From positions 1,754 through 65,753 of the forward strand of contig JAGLLT010000017.1 in the NCBI GenBank assembly GCA_023140385.1: DNA of 64,000 nucleotides, given 5' to 3'. Below are positions 37,479-48,851 of this stretch, piece after piece. A model generated the notes under the pieces. It did no database searches and was not told the origin of the DNA. It worked only from the letters and a program-made list of their open reading frames with translations. The DNA is from Candidatus Omnitrophota bacterium. Lineage in GTDB: Bacteria; Omnitrophota; Gorgyraeia; JAGLLT01. Each line of letters starts with the position of its first letter. The stretch's first letter is position 1. The position numbers and the translations under genes were made by a program.

Positions 37479-38492
37479 TTAAATAGAGCGGTCGACAACC
37501 GCGCTTATTCGCTTTAAAGACTTCATTAACTCATCAAAAGTATCCGGCTTTAGAGACTGAGCTCCATCAGAAAAAGCCTCTTCCGGATTCATATGAACCT
37601 CGATAAGCAGCCCATCGCATCCGGCCGCTACTGCCGCCTTAGCCATAGGAGCGACTAAACTCCACTTGCCGGTCGCGTGCGAGGGGTCTACTACTACCGG
37701 TAAATGACTTAACTCCTTAATTACTGAAACAGCGCTCAAATCAAGAGTATTGCGAGTCGCGTTCTCAAAAGTTCTTATGCCTCTTTCACATAAAATAACA
37801 TTCAGGTTCCCCTCCGACATAATGTACTCGGCAGACATAAGCAGTTCCTTAACGGTAGCACTCATTCCGCGCTTTAGAAGTACCGGTTTTTTCGTCCGCC
37901 CCACTTCTTTTAAGAGGTCAAAGTTCTGCATATTTCTGGCGCCAATCTGAAAGGCGTCCGCGTACTTATCAATCAAAGGAACCTGCCTGGCATCCATTGT
38001 CTCCGTTACTACAGGCAAGCCGGTCTTGCGCCCAACTTCATTAAGATACTTCAAACCTTCCTCACCCAAACCCTGAAAACTGTAGGGAGACGTCCTCGGC
38101 TTAAAAGCTCCCCCTCTGAGCATCCTGGCACCGGAGGCCTTAACCTTTTTGGCCACTTCCTCCAAAGATTTCAAATTTTCAACGGAACAGGGGCCGGCAA
38201 TAACAACCACCTCTTTGCCGCCTATTTTAACGCCGCCGACATCAATGACACTTGACTCTTTCTTAAAGTCGCGTGAGGCCAGCTTATAGGGCTTTAATAT
38301 CGGCATCACCTTCTCAACGCCCTCAATCGCCTCAAGCGGCTGAAGCCTGATTTTATCCTCTTCGCCGATAACCCCGATAATTGTTCTCTCCGCGCCCTTT
38401 GAAATCACCGGTTTTAAGCCAAGATTTTTAATACGTTCTTCTACATGCCTGATCTGCTCCTCGGAAATATCCGGCTTTAATACAATTATCAC
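37479..38492 (-). CDS. aroF: DAHP synthase (type I-beta)
   Basis: [30 protein letters not shown]. Confidence 0.93.
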   Translation of the reverse strand: MIIVLKPDISEEQIRHVEERIKNLGLKPVISKGAERTIIGVIGEEDKIRLQPLEAIEGVEKVMPILKPYKLASRDFKKESSVIDVGGVKIGGKEVVVIAGPCSVENLKSLEEVAKKVKASGARMLRGGAFKPRTSPYSFQGLGEEGLKYLNEVGRKTGLPVVTETMDARQVPLIDKYADAFQIGARNMQNFDLLKEVGRTKKPVLLKRGMSATVKELLMSAEYIMSEGNLNVILCERGIRTFENATRNTLDLSAVSVIKELSHLPVVVDPSHATGKWSLVAPMAKAAVAAGCDGLLIEVHMNPEEAFSDGAQSLKPDTFDELMKSLKRISAVVDRSI

Positions 38493-39589
38493 AGCTTTTC
38501 TCCTTTAACGACCTTCCTCAGCGCGTCTACAAACCTCTGATTCTCATCTTTCGTACCCACCGTGACTCTTATCCAACTGTTTAATTTATAAGAAGCCATG
38601 CTCCTAACAATGACACCCGCTTTAAGCATTTCCTGAAATACCGCGTCAGCTTCTCTCTTAACATTAAACATAATAAAATTTGTAGCGCTGGGTATATAAT
38701 CAAGGCCCATTTCATTTAACTCACTGTATATAAATATCTTACCCTCTTCATTTATTTTAAGGGTCTTCTGCAAAAACTCATCATCATCTAAAGCCGCGTA
38801 GCCCGCCGCCTGAGCCAGATAATTAACGTTAAAGGGCTGTCTGGCCTTATTAAGCGCGGTAATGAGACCCTCATTAGCCAGGCCATAACCCAGACGCAGG
38901 CCGCTCAAACCATAAGCCTTGGAAAAAGTCCTTAGAATGATAACGTTGGGCCTCTCTAAAAACCTGAGCGAATCAGGATAGCCTTCCGCGTCTCTGGCAA
39001 ACTCATAATAGGCCTCATCAAGCACAACCACGATACCCTCCGGCAGTTTGTTTAAAAAATCCTCCAGCCCTTTCTCTTTAATATAGGTACCTACCGGGTT
39101 ATTGGGATTAGCGATAAAAACCATCTTTGTCTTATCGCAAACCGCTTCTAAGATTCCTTTCAGATTGCAGTAAAAATTGTCCAAACTCACTTCGCGGGGT
39201 TTACCCGCCTCCTGCAAAACAGCCAGCTTAAAGATTAAAAAATCCGGGCTCGACATTATAGCCTGTTCGTGTTCATACAAAAAAGCTTTAACGCTAAGCT
39301 CAATTATTTCATTTGAGCCATTGCCGAAAACAATGTTGGCGGGTTTAATGTTCAGCTTCCGGGCCAGCTTATCCCTCAAATAAAAAGAGTTCCCATCCGG
39401 ATAGCGGTTAACTTCACCTAACGATTTCCTCATCGCCTCTACGGCCTTAGGGGAAACACCCAGAGGATTTTCATTTGAAGCAAGTTTCGTAATCTCCTTC
39501 AGGCCCAGTTCCCTTTGAACCTCTTCAATAGGCTTACCGGGTTTATAGGGATTGATATTTTCAATATTTTCTCTTACCAGTTTCTTCAT
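38489..39589 (-). CDS. hisC: Histidinol-phosphate/aromatic aminotransferase
   Basis: [25 protein letters not shown]. Confidence 0.92.
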   Translation of the reverse strand: MKKLVRENIENINPYKPGKPIEEVQRELGLKEITKLASNENPLGVSPKAVEAMRKSLGEVNRYPDGNSFYLRDKLARKLNIKPANIVFGNGSNEIIELSVKAFLYEHEQAIMSSPDFLIFKLAVLQEAGKPREVSLDNFYCNLKGILEAVCDKTKMVFIANPNNPVGTYIKEKGLEDFLNKLPEGIVVVLDEAYYEFARDAEGYPDSLRFLERPNVIILRTFSKAYGLSGLRLGYGLANEGLITALNKARQPFNVNYLAQAAGYAALDDDEFLQKTLKINEEGKIFIYSELNEMGLDYIPSATNFIMFNVKREADAVFQEMLKAGVIVRSMASYKLNSWIRVTVGTKDENQRFVDALRKVVKGEKL

Positions 39590-39590
39590 C

Positions 39591-40655
39591 TTAATTGCTT
39601 TTCGGGTACGAACCGAGAATTTTAACGTAGTGGCAATGGGTGGCCAGTTCTTTAAGCGCCGTCTTTACCTTCTTATCATCATAGTGCCCTTCAATATCAA
39701 CAAAGAAATAATACTTCCAGGCCTTTTTCTTTGAGGGGCGCGATTCTATCTTGGTCAGATTTATCTTATTTTTCTTAAAAGGCGCCAGCATATTATAAAG
39801 GGCTCCCACCCTATCTTTAACAGAAAACATAATAGATGTTTTATCAGAGCCCGTATAAGAAACATCATTTTTACCTATTACCAAAAATCTGGTTACGTTA
39901 TGCGGGCTGTCTTCGATGGAGGCGGCTATAATTTTTAAGCCGTACATCTCAGCCGCCAGCCTTGAAGCAATTGCCGCGGAATATTTACTTCGCCTCGCCT
40001 TTTGGGCCGCTTTTGTCGTAGAGGTCATATCCACCAATACGGCCCGGGGAATATTTTTTTCTATCCATAAGCGGCACTGACTAAAAACCTGCGGATTAGA
40101 ATAAACCTTTTTTATCATACTTTTAGGGCTGTTAGATATCAGGTTATGACAAATTTCAAACATAATCTCAGAACAAATCTTCAGGTCCGCGTCTACAAAC
40201 ATATCCAGCGTATAGGTAACCGCGCCTTCAGTAGAGTTCTCGATGGGCACCACGCCGTAATCAGCCCTGCTTTTTTCCACTTCACGAAAAACGTCGGGAA
40301 TATTATCGCAGGAAAGATATTTAACCGATGAGCCAAACTTACTTAAAGAAGCCAGGTGAGTAAAGGAAGCCGGAGGCCCCAAATAAGCTACCCTGACAGC
40401 CTTCTCCAAAGCAATAGAGGCAGACATTATTTCACGATAAATCGCGCAAAGAGACTTCTCAGTCATAGGGCCCGTATTTTTTTTTATCAGATTACGATAG
40501 ACCTCTTTTTCCCTGGCAGGAGCATATATCTCCTTCTTGCCGTATGATTTAATCTTGCCGATTTCAAGGCTAAGCCCGGCTCTATCATTCAGCTTTTTTA
40601 AGAGTATGCTATCTATCTCGTCAATCTTCCCGCGCAGTTCCTTGAGCTCCATCAT
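39591..40655 (-). CDS. pheA: Chorismate mutase/prephenate dehydratase
   Basis: CM domain, PIENSTEG, TRF, IESRP ACT domain. Confidence 0.94.
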   Translation of the reverse strand: MMELKELRGKIDEIDSILLKKLNDRAGLSLEIGKIKSYGKKEIYAPAREKEVYRNLIKKNTGPMTEKSLCAIYREIMSASIALEKAVRVAYLGPPASFTHLASLSKFGSSVKYLSCDNIPDVFREVEKSRADYGVVPIENSTEGAVTYTLDMFVDADLKICSEIMFEICHNLISNSPKSMIKKVYSNPQVFSQCRLWIEKNIPRAVLVDMTSTTKAAQKARRSKYSAAIASRLAAEMYGLKIIAASIEDSPHNVTRFLVIGKNDVSYTGSDKTSIMFSVKDRVGALYNMLAPFKKNKINLTKIESRPSKKKAWKYYFFVDIEGHYDDKKVKTALKELATHCHYVKILGSYPKSN

Positions 40656-41271
40656 TACTCTCCTTTACATCAACTTGTTGGATCTCTTTATCTTCAGCCT
40701 GTTTTAAGGGGGCTTCAGTGTCCCGATTTTCTTCTATAACTTCATCAGCCGTCTGCCTAAAATGCTCTATGCTTGGCAAATCCTCAAGAGACTTAAGCCC
40801 AAAGTACTTCAAAAACAAACTGCTCGTCCCATAAAGAAAGGGACGGCCCACTACTTCTTTTCTGCCCTTAATTTTAATCAGCCCTTTTTCCAAAAGGCTC
40901 CGCATAACGCCGTCTACGTTAACGCCCCGTATCTCTTCTATATCAAGCCTGGTAACAGGCTGTTTATAAGCTATAATGGCCATAGTCTCAAGAGCCGGCT
41001 TTGAAAGACGCTCTACGTGTTTATTTTTATATAGCTTTCTTATATATTTTGCGTACTCCGTCCTGGTTCCTATCTGATAACCTCCGGCAACCTCATTTAT
41101 CCCAAAACTCCTGCCGGTTTCCCTGTACTCATTTTTGAGTTCATCTATCCGCTCTCTAACGGCCTTTGGCTCCTCAGTCTCCAGAACCAGCCTTATTTGC
41201 TCCAGAGACAGAGGCTCCTCACTCGCTATAAGCATGGCTTCAATTATTCTCTTTACCTCAACTCTCTCCAT
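40621..41271 (-). CDS. scpB: SMC-Scp complex subunit ScpB
   Basis: LSKPALETMAIIAYKQP, IRGV, FGLKSLEDLP. Confidence 0.95.
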   Translation of the reverse strand: MERVEVKRIIEAMLIASEEPLSLEQIRLVLETEEPKAVRERIDELKNEYRETGRSFGINEVAGGYQIGTRTEYAKYIRKLYKNKHVERLSKPALETMAIIAYKQPVTRLDIEEIRGVNVDGVMRSLLEKGLIKIKGRKEVVGRPFLYGTSSLFLKYFGLKSLEDLPSIEHFRQTADEVIEENRDTEAPLKQAEDKEIQQVDVKESNDGAQGTARED

Positions 41272-41273
41272 TT

Positions 41274-42026
41274 TTATCCGTAAGTACTCCTTACCTTTGG
41301 TTGAATCTGTTCGCTGTTTCTTCTTATCTGAATTTGCCCAAAGGGCCGGCGCTGAAAGACGATAATCTCTTTCAACCTTATCAGTTCAAGTATGGCCAGA
41401 AAGGTAGCTATAATTTCAAGCTTGTTTTTCGCCTTTTCAAAAAGGTTGTCAACAAATATTGTCTCTTCCGCCGTCAATTTATGAAGAAGTTCGTGTATTT
41501 TTTCAGAAACCGTAAATTCGTCCTTAATAACCTCCTGAAACTTCTCCCTGGAAACCCTCGTTAACACGGTTGAGAAGGCTGAGATTAAATCAAAAACAGT
41601 AGCTTCAAAATAAACCTCCCCGCTGTTATCCCGAAATTTTTTCGCGTCCTGCGGGGCCCGGACAAAAATGTCCTTTTGCCTCACTTCCCTCAGTTCAAGA
41701 TGGCTTGCCGCCTCTTTAAACTGCTGATACTCCAGCAGTTTCTTGACAAGCTCAGCCCTTGGATCATCTTCTTCAATATCCTCTTCCGCAGCCTCCTCGG
41801 CGGGAAGAAGCATCTTTGATTTAATATGCATCAGGGTAGCCGCCATAACAAGATACTCACCGGCTATGTTCAAATCCATATGGCGCATTAAATCGAGGTA
41901 CTCTAAATACTGCTTTGTTATTTCAGCAATGGGGATGTTAGATATATCCAGTTCACTTTTTTTTATCAAAAAAAGAAGTAGATCAAGCGGGCCTTCAAAA
42001 ATTTCTAATTTTATCTTGTAGGACAT
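41274..42026 (-). CDS. scpA: Segregation and condensation protein A
   Basis: FEGPLDLLL, KSKMLLP, FLAILEL. Confidence 0.95.
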   Translation of the reverse strand: MSYKIKLEIFEGPLDLLLFLIKKSELDISNIPIAEITKQYLEYLDLMRHMDLNIAGEYLVMAATLMHIKSKMLLPAEEAAEEDIEEDDPRAELVKKLLEYQQFKEAASHLELREVRQKDIFVRAPQDAKKFRDNSGEVYFEATVFDLISAFSTVLTRVSREKFQEVIKDEFTVSEKIHELLHKLTAEETIFVDNLFEKAKNKLEIIATFLAILELIRLKEIIVFQRRPFGQIQIRRNSEQIQPKVRSTYG

Positions 42027-42032
42027 TGCTTT

Positions 42033-43040
42033 CTAACCCGAAAAGTAATTTATTTTCATAGCCGCTCTTACACTTTTTATCGTATCCACTGCGATCCCGC
42101 GCGCCTTTTTAGTTCCTTCTATTAAAATATCATCGATTTTTTTAGGGTGGGCTTCAAGTTTTTTTCTCTTTTCCCTAATAGGCCCCAAGAACTCATTTAA
42201 GCCTCCTGACAACCTTTTTTTGCATTCCACACAGCCAAGTCTACCGGCGAGACAATCCTTTTTAATCTGAGGCACCTCCGCCTCGTTCTTATTAAAGCCC
42301 CTGTGATATATATAAACCGGGCATTTGTCAGGATGGCCTTTGTCATTAAGACGAATCTTTGTTGGATCGGTAAACATACCCGAAACCCTACAGGAAATCT
42401 CATCCGGCCCATCAGACAAATAAATCACGTTGCCCAAACTTTTACTCATCTTATTCAGGCCATCAGTCCCCACAAGGCGCCCAACTACCCCCACTTGAGC
42501 CTTAGGTTCAATTAATACTTCCTGATACATCCTGTTAAATTTTCTGACAATCTCCCTGGTTTGCTCAATTATCGGCAGTTGATCTTCGCCCACAGGTACC
42601 AGGTTGGCCTTAAATATAGTAATGTCGGCCGCCTGTGAAACCGGATAACCCAGAAAACCATACATTACGTTGTCGCTAAGCCCTAAAGCCTTTATCTCCT
42701 GCTTTATCGTGGGATTGCGCTGGAGACTGGCAATACTCGTAAACATAGAAAAATAAATAGTGAGTTCAGTTATCTCAGGAATCATAGACTGGAGAAATAT
42801 GGTAGAAATTTCCGGATCAACTCCGCAGGCAATATTATCCATAGTTACCTCTCTGATATCCTGAGCCAGCCTCTCGGGATGGTCAAAGTTGGTAGTTAAA
42901 GCCTGTACATCGGCAATAAGAATATACTCTTCATAGGTTTCCTGCAACTCTACTCTGTTAGCAATTGAGCCCACATAATGGCCTAAATGAAGTTTGCCGG
43001 TCGGCCTGTCGCCTGTTAAAATCCTCTCTTTCTTTTTCAT
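42033..43040 (-). CDS. trpS: Tryptophan--tRNA ligase
   Basis: TGDRPTGKLHLGH, VPVGEDQ, KMSKS. Confidence 0.96.
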   Translation of the reverse strand: MKKKERILTGDRPTGKLHLGHYVGSIANRVELQETYEEYILIADVQALTTNFDHPERLAQDIREVTMDNIACGVDPEISTIFLQSMIPEITELTIYFSMFTSIASLQRNPTIKQEIKALGLSDNVMYGFLGYPVSQAADITIFKANLVPVGEDQLPIIEQTREIVRKFNRMYQEVLIEPKAQVGVVGRLVGTDGLNKMSKSLGNVIYLSDGPDEISCRVSGMFTDPTKIRLNDKGHPDKCPVYIYHRGFNKNEAEVPQIKKDCLAGRLGCVECKKRLSGGLNEFLGPIREKRKKLEAHPKKIDDILIEGTKKARGIAVDTIKSVRAAMKINYFSG

Positions 43041-43046
43041 AAACGC

Positions 43047-45005
43047 CTATAACGTTTTTTTAATCTTTTCCAACTTGAAGACCTCTATTAAATCTCCGGC
43101 CTTAATATTATTAAAGTTTCTAAAACCAATACCGCACTCAAACCCTTCCTTAACCTCTTTTACGTCGTTCTTAAACCTTTTTAATGAGTCAACCGTACCT
43201 GTAAAAATATTTTCATCCTCCCTGATAATCTTTGACTCCATACCTCTGACAATAGCCCCCTTAACAACCATACAGCCGGCTATTGTGCCCACCTTTGACA
43301 CCTTAAAGACCTGCCGTACTTCGGCGCGGCCTTCCAGCGATCTTTTTATGTGGGGCTCTAAAAGGCCTTCCATGGCCGACCTTATGTCCGATATCGCCTC
43401 ATAGATAACGCTGTAAAGCTTAATTTCCACACCTTTGCTTTTGGCTGTTTCGCTTGCCTTAACATCCTTACCAACACCAAAGCCTATAATTACCGCTCCC
43501 GAAACAACCGCCAACATTACGTCCGACTCATTTATATTTCCAACACCCTTATGAACAAGATTCAACTCCACCTCTTCACTCTCTATCTTATTTAGTGAAG
43601 CGCATAAAGCCTCCAACGAACCCTGCACATCTGTTTTTATAATAACATTTAAAATCTTTATTTTTCCTTTTTGTATTTCCTTAGATAAGTCTTCCAGGGT
43701 TAAAGCCCTGGCTTGCGGCATAAGATCTTTTTCTCTTTTTTTGTGGCGTCTTTTCTCAACTATACTTCTCGCCTTTTTTTCTTCGTCAACCACATAAAAA
43801 GTGTCTCCCGCCTCGGGCACTCCGGAAAAACCCAATATTTCTACGGGGGCGGACGGGCCAGCCTTATTTATCCTTTTGCCATGATCGTTAATCATAGCCT
43901 TAACCCTCGCGTAATGAAGGCCCGTAACAACAATATCCTGTAGTTTAAGCGTCCCGCTTTGAACTAAAGCTGTAGCTACCACGCCGCTGCCTTTACAAAT
44001 CTTTGCCTCTACAATAGTGCCGCTGGCGTACGTGTCCGGGTCAGCCTTTAATTCCAGAATTTCAGCCTGCAGCAGCACCATCTCCAATAAATGCTCTATC
44101 CCTTCGCCTGTTTTTGCTGATACACAGACGCAAATAATCTCCCCGCCCCACTCTTCAGGTGTCAGATTTAACTCCTGAAGCTGATTTTTAACTTTATCCA
44201 CATTTATATTGGGCTTATCTACCTTATTAATAGCAACAATTATCGGCACCTTTGCCGCCTTAGCGTGATCAATTGCCTCAATGGTTTGCGGCATTACGCC
44301 GTCATCAGCGGCCACCACTAAAACAACAATATCGGTGACGTGCGCGCCGCGGGCGCGCATAGCGGTGAAGGCTTCGTGGCCGGGTGTATCCAGAAAGGTT
44401 ATATCATGTCCGCTAAAGTCAACTTCATAAGCACCGATATGCTGGGTTATGCCTCCGGCCTCCCCATCAACTACGTTGGCCTTTCGTATGGCGTCAAGAA
44501 GCAGCGTCTTGCCGTGGTCTACATGGCCCATCATAGTAACTACAGGAGCCCGGTGGACACGTTTTTTGCTGTTTTCTTTTACCTCATGTAATTGAATAAG
44601 TTCCTGCTCATCGCTGAGTTTTTCTTTTAACTCCACTTTATAAGGCTCTGCTATTTTTTCACAAACATCCTTATCAATCGTTTGATTAATATTAGCAAAT
44701 ATATTTAACTTTATCAACTTCCCGATTAATTCATTGGGTTTTATTTGAAGCTTAATGGCAAGATTTTTAACCGTCAGCGGATAAATAACCTCAATCTCCT
44801 TAAAATCCTTTCTCTTTATTTTCTCAACTTCTTTTCTTTTCTTCTTAGAAGCCTCCTCGAGTTCATGCCGGAGTATTTCAGCGGTCTCATCATCAATAAC
44901 ACTCATATGCCCCTTAACGCTTACGCTAAGCTCTCTTAGCTTAACAATGAGCTCTTTACTTGAAAAACCCAGTTCCTTGGCTAATTTATGGACTCTTACG
45001 CTCAT
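43047..45005 (-). CDS. infB: Translation initiation factor IF-2
   Basis: [17 protein letters not shown]. Confidence 0.97.
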   Translation of the reverse strand: MSVRVHKLAKELGFSSKELIVKLRELSVSVKGHMSVIDDETAEILRHELEEASKKKRKEVEKIKRKDFKEIEVIYPLTVKNLAIKLQIKPNELIGKLIKLNIFANINQTIDKDVCEKIAEPYKVELKEKLSDEQELIQLHEVKENSKKRVHRAPVVTMMGHVDHGKTLLLDAIRKANVVDGEAGGITQHIGAYEVDFSGHDITFLDTPGHEAFTAMRARGAHVTDIVVLVVAADDGVMPQTIEAIDHAKAAKVPIIVAINKVDKPNINVDKVKNQLQELNLTPEEWGGEIICVCVSAKTGEGIEHLLEMVLLQAEILELKADPDTYASGTIVEAKICKGSGVVATALVQSGTLKLQDIVVTGLHYARVKAMINDHGKRINKAGPSAPVEILGFSGVPEAGDTFYVVDEEKKARSIVEKRRHKKREKDLMPQARALTLEDLSKEIQKGKIKILNVIIKTDVQGSLEALCASLNKIESEEVELNLVHKGVGNINESDVMLAVVSGAVIIGFGVGKDVKASETAKSKGVEIKLYSVIYEAISDIRSAMEGLLEPHIKRSLEGRAEVRQVFKVSKVGTIAGCMVVKGAIVRGMESKIIREDENIFTGTVDSLKRFKNDVKEVKEGFECGIGFRNFNNIKAGDLIEVFKLEKIKKTL

Positions 45006-46157
45006 TTAATCTCCTACCGGTTTTTTAGCACCTTTTATGATTTTTTCCGCCGTTTTTTGGCCTATACCCGGAATTTTAGTTAAATCCTCTACGCCGGCTT
45101 TGGCAAGCATCTCTCTCGATTTCATACCCGCCTCAATCAAAAGAGCGGCCGTTTTCGTGCCTATACCCTTAATCTTATCGATTGCACCGGCCTCCTCTTT
45201 GTCAGCCGCCGCCTTCGATACCTCGCTGGCGCTCTTTATATTTATGCTTACCCCTGTCAACTTTGAGGCTAATCTGACATTTTGGCCCCGCTTACCGATA
45301 GCCAGTGATAACTGGTCGTCATTCACCAAAACCATGGCATTCCTGTTTTCCTCATCCATCTGTATTTCCATAATTTCAGCCGGTGACATCGCGTTTTTAA
45401 TATACTCCTTAATTTGACTGCTGTATTTAACAATATCAACCTTCTCACCTTCAAGCTCGGCGACAACACTCTTAACGCGTGAACCCCGCACTCCGACGCA
45501 GGCACCCTGACTGTCCACCCTGTCATCATGAGAGTAAACGGCCAGCTTAGTCCTCTCGCCGGCTTCTCTGGCAATTGATTTAATCTCCACGATATGTTCA
45601 TAGATCTCCGGCACCTCCAGCTCAAAGAGCTGCCTGACAAACTCAGGGCTTGTCCTTGAAAGTATTATGCGCGGGCCTTTACTCGACTGCTCCACAGCCT
45701 CAACGTAAGCCCTTATCCTCTGACCCTGACTATAATTCTCCTTTGAGACCTGAAACTTTCTTAAGATAATCCCCTCTGCCTTGCCTAAGTTCACAATAAT
45801 TCCCTGGCGATCAAAACGGTAGATGGTCCCGCTTACAATTACGCCAATTTTATCCTTAAAGTCATTATATATGACGGTTCGCTCCGCTTCGCGTATCTTC
45901 TGGATGATAACCTGCTTGGCGGTTTGGGCGGCTATACGCCCAAACTCAGCTGATTCAATCTCCTTGCCTTCAGCGCAAATCTTAATCTCGCCCGTTTCCG
46001 GATCAAATTTAACAGACACATCCCCTTCTCTGCCGGGGATAGTCTTTTTAGCGGCAGACAAAAGAGCTGATTCTAAAGCCTCAATCAAGACATTTCTTTC
46101 TATGCCCTTTTCTCTTTCAATATTTTCTAATATTCCCAGCAACTCACTTTTCATCAT
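45006..46157 (-). CDS. nusA: Transcription factor NusA
   Basis: FGRIAAQTAKQ, S1/KH domains, AIGKRGQNVRLA, C-terminal HhH. Confidence 0.96.
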   Translation of the reverse strand: MMKSELLGILENIEREKGIERNVLIEALESALLSAAKKTIPGREGDVSVKFDPETGEIKICAEGKEIESAEFGRIAAQTAKQVIIQKIREAERTVIYNDFKDKIGVIVSGTIYRFDRQGIIVNLGKAEGIILRKFQVSKENYSQGQRIRAYVEAVEQSSKGPRIILSRTSPEFVRQLFELEVPEIYEHIVEIKSIAREAGERTKLAVYSHDDRVDSQGACVGVRGSRVKSVVAELEGEKVDIVKYSSQIKEYIKNAMSPAEIMEIQMDEENRNAMVLVNDDQLSLAIGKRGQNVRLASKLTGVSINIKSASEVSKAAADKEEAGAIDKIKGIGTKTAALLIEAGMKSREMLAKAGVEDLTKIPGIGQKTAEKIIKGAKKPVGD

Positions 46158-46630
46158 TGCTTCCTTTTCATATCAAGTTTAATCACTGCCTTCTTTATCC
46201 GGCTTAAACTTAACTCTTTTCTCTCGCCGGCTATATCCAGCAGAATATTATCACCTTCAATTTCTACGATTTTGCCGCATGTCTCTTCAATTGTCGTGCC
46301 GCAAGCCGCATAGGTTACCTCAACAACCTCACCTCTTACCCTCTCAAAGTCCCTTTTTGTAACCAGCGGCCTGTCAAGGCCGGGAGACGCGGCCTCCAGG
46401 ACAAAGCGGCCGGGGACTATCTCGCTCTCTTCTAAGACTTCTCCCATCCGCCTGTTAAATTCAGCGCACTCCTCAAGGGTTATTCCGCCAGGCTTATCAA
46501 GCAAAAAAAGGACAACCAGGCCTTTTTGTTTGCGGGAGCCCAACTCTATCTCAACCAGCTCTAAACCCCTTGCCTTCAATAAGCCGGAGGCGGCATTCTT
46601 TAACTTTTCCTTAAGCTCTTCTTTGTTCAT
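46154..46630 (-). CDS. rimP: Ribosome maturation factor RimP
   Basis: GITLEEC, LEAASPGLDRPL; start taken at MNKEEL, downstream of the leader hairpin. Confidence 0.92.
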   Translation of the reverse strand: MNKEELKEKLKNAASGLLKARGLELVEIELGSRKQKGLVVLFLLDKPGGITLEECAEFNRRMGEVLEESEIVPGRFVLEAASPGLDRPLVTKRDFERVRGEVVEVTYAACGTTIEETCGKIVEIEGDNILLDIAGERKELSLSRIKKAVIKLDMKRKQ

Positions 46631-46642
46631 TTTTTCATTCAA

Positions 46643-46667
46643 TAAAAAAAGTGGGGTAAACCCACTT
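46643..46667 (-). promoter_or_regulatory. rimP leader hairpin with U-tract
   Basis: AAGTGGG-TTTAC-CCCACTT then T-run, between promoter and start; matches the conserved rimP leader. Confidence 0.75.
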
Positions 46668-46694
46668 CCATTAAAAACATTAAACTTGTTTAAA

Positions 46695-46723
46695 ATTATA
46701 CTAAAAGGCCGTCTTGTTGTCAA
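46695..46723 (-). promoter_or_regulatory. Consensus sigma70 promoter of rimP-nusA-infB
   Basis: TTGACA-17 nt-TATAAT. Confidence 0.85.
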
Positions 46724-46760
46724 GGATTTTTTGGCGCCGTAAACGTAAAAATACGCAAAT

Positions 46761-46797
46761 AATAAGCGGCTACCTTTTATAAAGATAACCGCTTATT
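46761..46797 (-). terminator. Intrinsic terminator-like hairpin after the porin gene
   Basis: AATAAGCGGTTATCTTT-ATA-AAAGGTAGCCGCTTATT; pairs fully on the minus strand with G-U. Confidence 0.7.
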
Positions 46798-46834
46798 TCA
46801 TAACTTTTATATGTCTTTTAAGCTTAACTCCCCA

Positions 46835-47440
46835 TCAAAAACGGCACTTAAGCCCGCCGCCAAGCATCCACATATCACCATCTAGATCAACTTGAGCATG
46901 CGTACCAAAAGCATCTACGTGGCCGGTTGTATCGCTCCACATAAAACTACCTTCTAAATTTAGAGCTACATTCTCTGTAAAGTAGTAGTCGAGGCCAGCG
47001 CCCAGTTTAAGGGCAAACTCACTATCCATATCAACTGAAATACCGGCATTTGTTAAAGCTGAGCTCTCATCATAGTCCCAGAAACAAACACCCAGCCCCA
47101 AAATGCCGTAAGGAACTACCGCGCATTCATCCAATTCAATCGGATTCTTAACAATTAGAGTCGCTAAAAGAGGCACTACGCTAACATCTCCGTAATCCAC
47201 CCCGTCATACTCCTCATTCCAACCGGCATAACCGCATTCACCGCCTATAGCAATGTATCGGGTCAGGTCATAAGCAATGTTTCCTCCGACATAGCAGGTA
47301 CTGTCAGCGGCACTTTCTTCAGGGTCAACATAAGAAACATTCACTCCCAGCGTCCACTTTTGCGCCTCATCATAAGCAAAAGCAAGACTGCTGGTCATTA
47401 TAAAAGCAACTAACAAAATTAAGCATACAAACTTTTTCAT
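46835..47440 (-). CDS. OmpW/OmpA-like outer-membrane beta-barrel protein
   Basis: Signal peptide, PYGILGLG, GAGLDYYF, C-terminal Phe. Confidence 0.8.
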   Translation of the reverse strand: MKKFVCLILLVAFIMTSSLAFAYDEAQKWTLGVNVSYVDPEESAADSTCYVGGNIAYDLTRYIAIGGECGYAGWNEEYDGVDYGDVSVVPLLATLIVKNPIELDECAVVPYGILGLGVCFWDYDESSALTNAGISVDMDSEFALKLGAGLDYYFTENVALNLEGSFMWSDTTGHVDAFGTHAQVDLDGDMWMLGGGLKCRF

Positions 47441-47625
47441 CTTTAACTCCTTATTTCATGTTTAATACTTTTCACTATCCGTTAACTTATTATCTCCCCA
47501 CATCACCTCTCTTTCTTTTTCTTAGTAATTAAGAAAGCGTTACAGTTAAGTTGTTATATAAATATTTGAAAAAGTGATTGTATCATACAAAGAGACAAAT
47601 ATCAAGCACGTTTTTTTAGCTCTTA

Positions 47626-48843
47626 TTAACTTATCAATTCAGCTATATTAAATACCGGTAAGTAAAGAGCTATCACAATCCCTCCGATAATAACTCCTAA
47701 AACAACAATTATTACCGGTTCAATCAGAGAGGTTAAGCCATCTACGATAGCCGTAACTTCAGCATCATAAAAATCAGAAACCTTGAGCAGCATCTCTTCA
47801 AGGGAACCTGTTTGCTCACCGACAGCTACCATTTTAACGACCAGAGGTGGAAATATGCCGCTGCTTGCCAGAGGTTGGGCTATGCTCTCGCCCCCCCTAA
47901 CATTTTCCAGAACCTTGAAAACTACTTTTTCAATTACTTTATTGCCGCTTGTTTTGGCAACAATATCCAGGGAGGTCAAAATAGAAACGCCGCTTTTTGT
48001 CAGAGTGCTTAATGTCCTTGAAAATCTGGAAATGGAAACCTTCCTTATTAGTTTACCAGCTATAGGGAGCCTTAAGAGCATCCCATCAATGAAAAGCCCG
48101 CCGGGTTCTGTCTTGGAAAACATAAAAATCCCCGCGATTACAGCCGCGATTCCAAGTACAAACGCGAGAAGCCATTTAGTCACCAAATTGCTTAACAACA
48201 ACAAAAACTGTGTCGGCCCGGGCAAGTTCGCGCCAAAGCCGGAGTATATTTCCGCGAAAGACGGAACCACCTGAACCAGCATAAATACCGTAATACCCGC
48301 CGCCGTAAGCGTAATAACAACAGGATATACTAAGGCAGCCTTAACCTTCTTCTGCAGTTTACTTGTCTCTTCCAGATAAGAAGCCATACGTTGTAAAATA
48401 TCATCCAGCATACCTGAGGCCTCACCGGCTGAAATCATGTTAACGAAAAGCGTTGAGAAGGCTCTGGGATACCTGGATAGAGCTTCCGATAGGCTGCTGC
48501 CGCCCTCAACTGCTTCTTTCACTTTACTAATCAAAGATTTAAACGGCCTTTTTTCTGACTGTTCAACAAGTATCTCAAGGCCCTGAATTAAAGGAAGGCC
48601 GGCACTTACCATAGTAGCCAACTGCCTCGAAAAAACAGCCAGGTCATCCGTTTTTATTTTGATTGAGGAAGATGGCGGGTTAAAGCTGAAAGCAAAGGGG
48701 GATTTTTTATTTTTACTTATGGAAAGGATGAAGCACTTTCTCTCTTTTAAGATATTTACAGCAGCTTCCTCGGTGGGAGCGCTCAAGATACTGGTTGACA
48801 CCGTTCCATTTTTCTTTTTAATGGTGTATTTAAATTCGGGCAT
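47626..48843 (-). CDS. pilC: Type IV pilus/T2SS platform protein (PilC/GspF)
   Basis: FSRQLATMVSAGLP, AGEASGML, YP, VGEQTGSL. Confidence 0.9.
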   Translation of the reverse strand: MPEFKYTIKKKNGTVSTSILSAPTEEAAVNILKERKCFILSISKNKKSPFAFSFNPPSSSIKIKTDDLAVFSRQLATMVSAGLPLIQGLEILVEQSEKRPFKSLISKVKEAVEGGSSLSEALSRYPRAFSTLFVNMISAGEASGMLDDILQRMASYLEETSKLQKKVKAALVYPVVITLTAAGITVFMLVQVVPSFAEIYSGFGANLPGPTQFLLLLSNLVTKWLLAFVLGIAAVIAGIFMFSKTEPGGLFIDGMLLRLPIAGKLIRKVSISRFSRTLSTLTKSGVSILTSLDIVAKTSGNKVIEKVVFKVLENVRGGESIAQPLASSGIFPPLVVKMVAVGEQTGSLEEMLLKVSDFYDAEVTAIVDGLTSLIEPVIIVVLGVIIGGIVIALYLPVFNIAELIS

Positions 48844-48851
48844 AGGTTATT

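Noticed and set aside
46631-46723. N-terminal extension of RimP in the track
   Set aside because: The TTG start is the -35 box, and the region holds the promoter and leader hairpin
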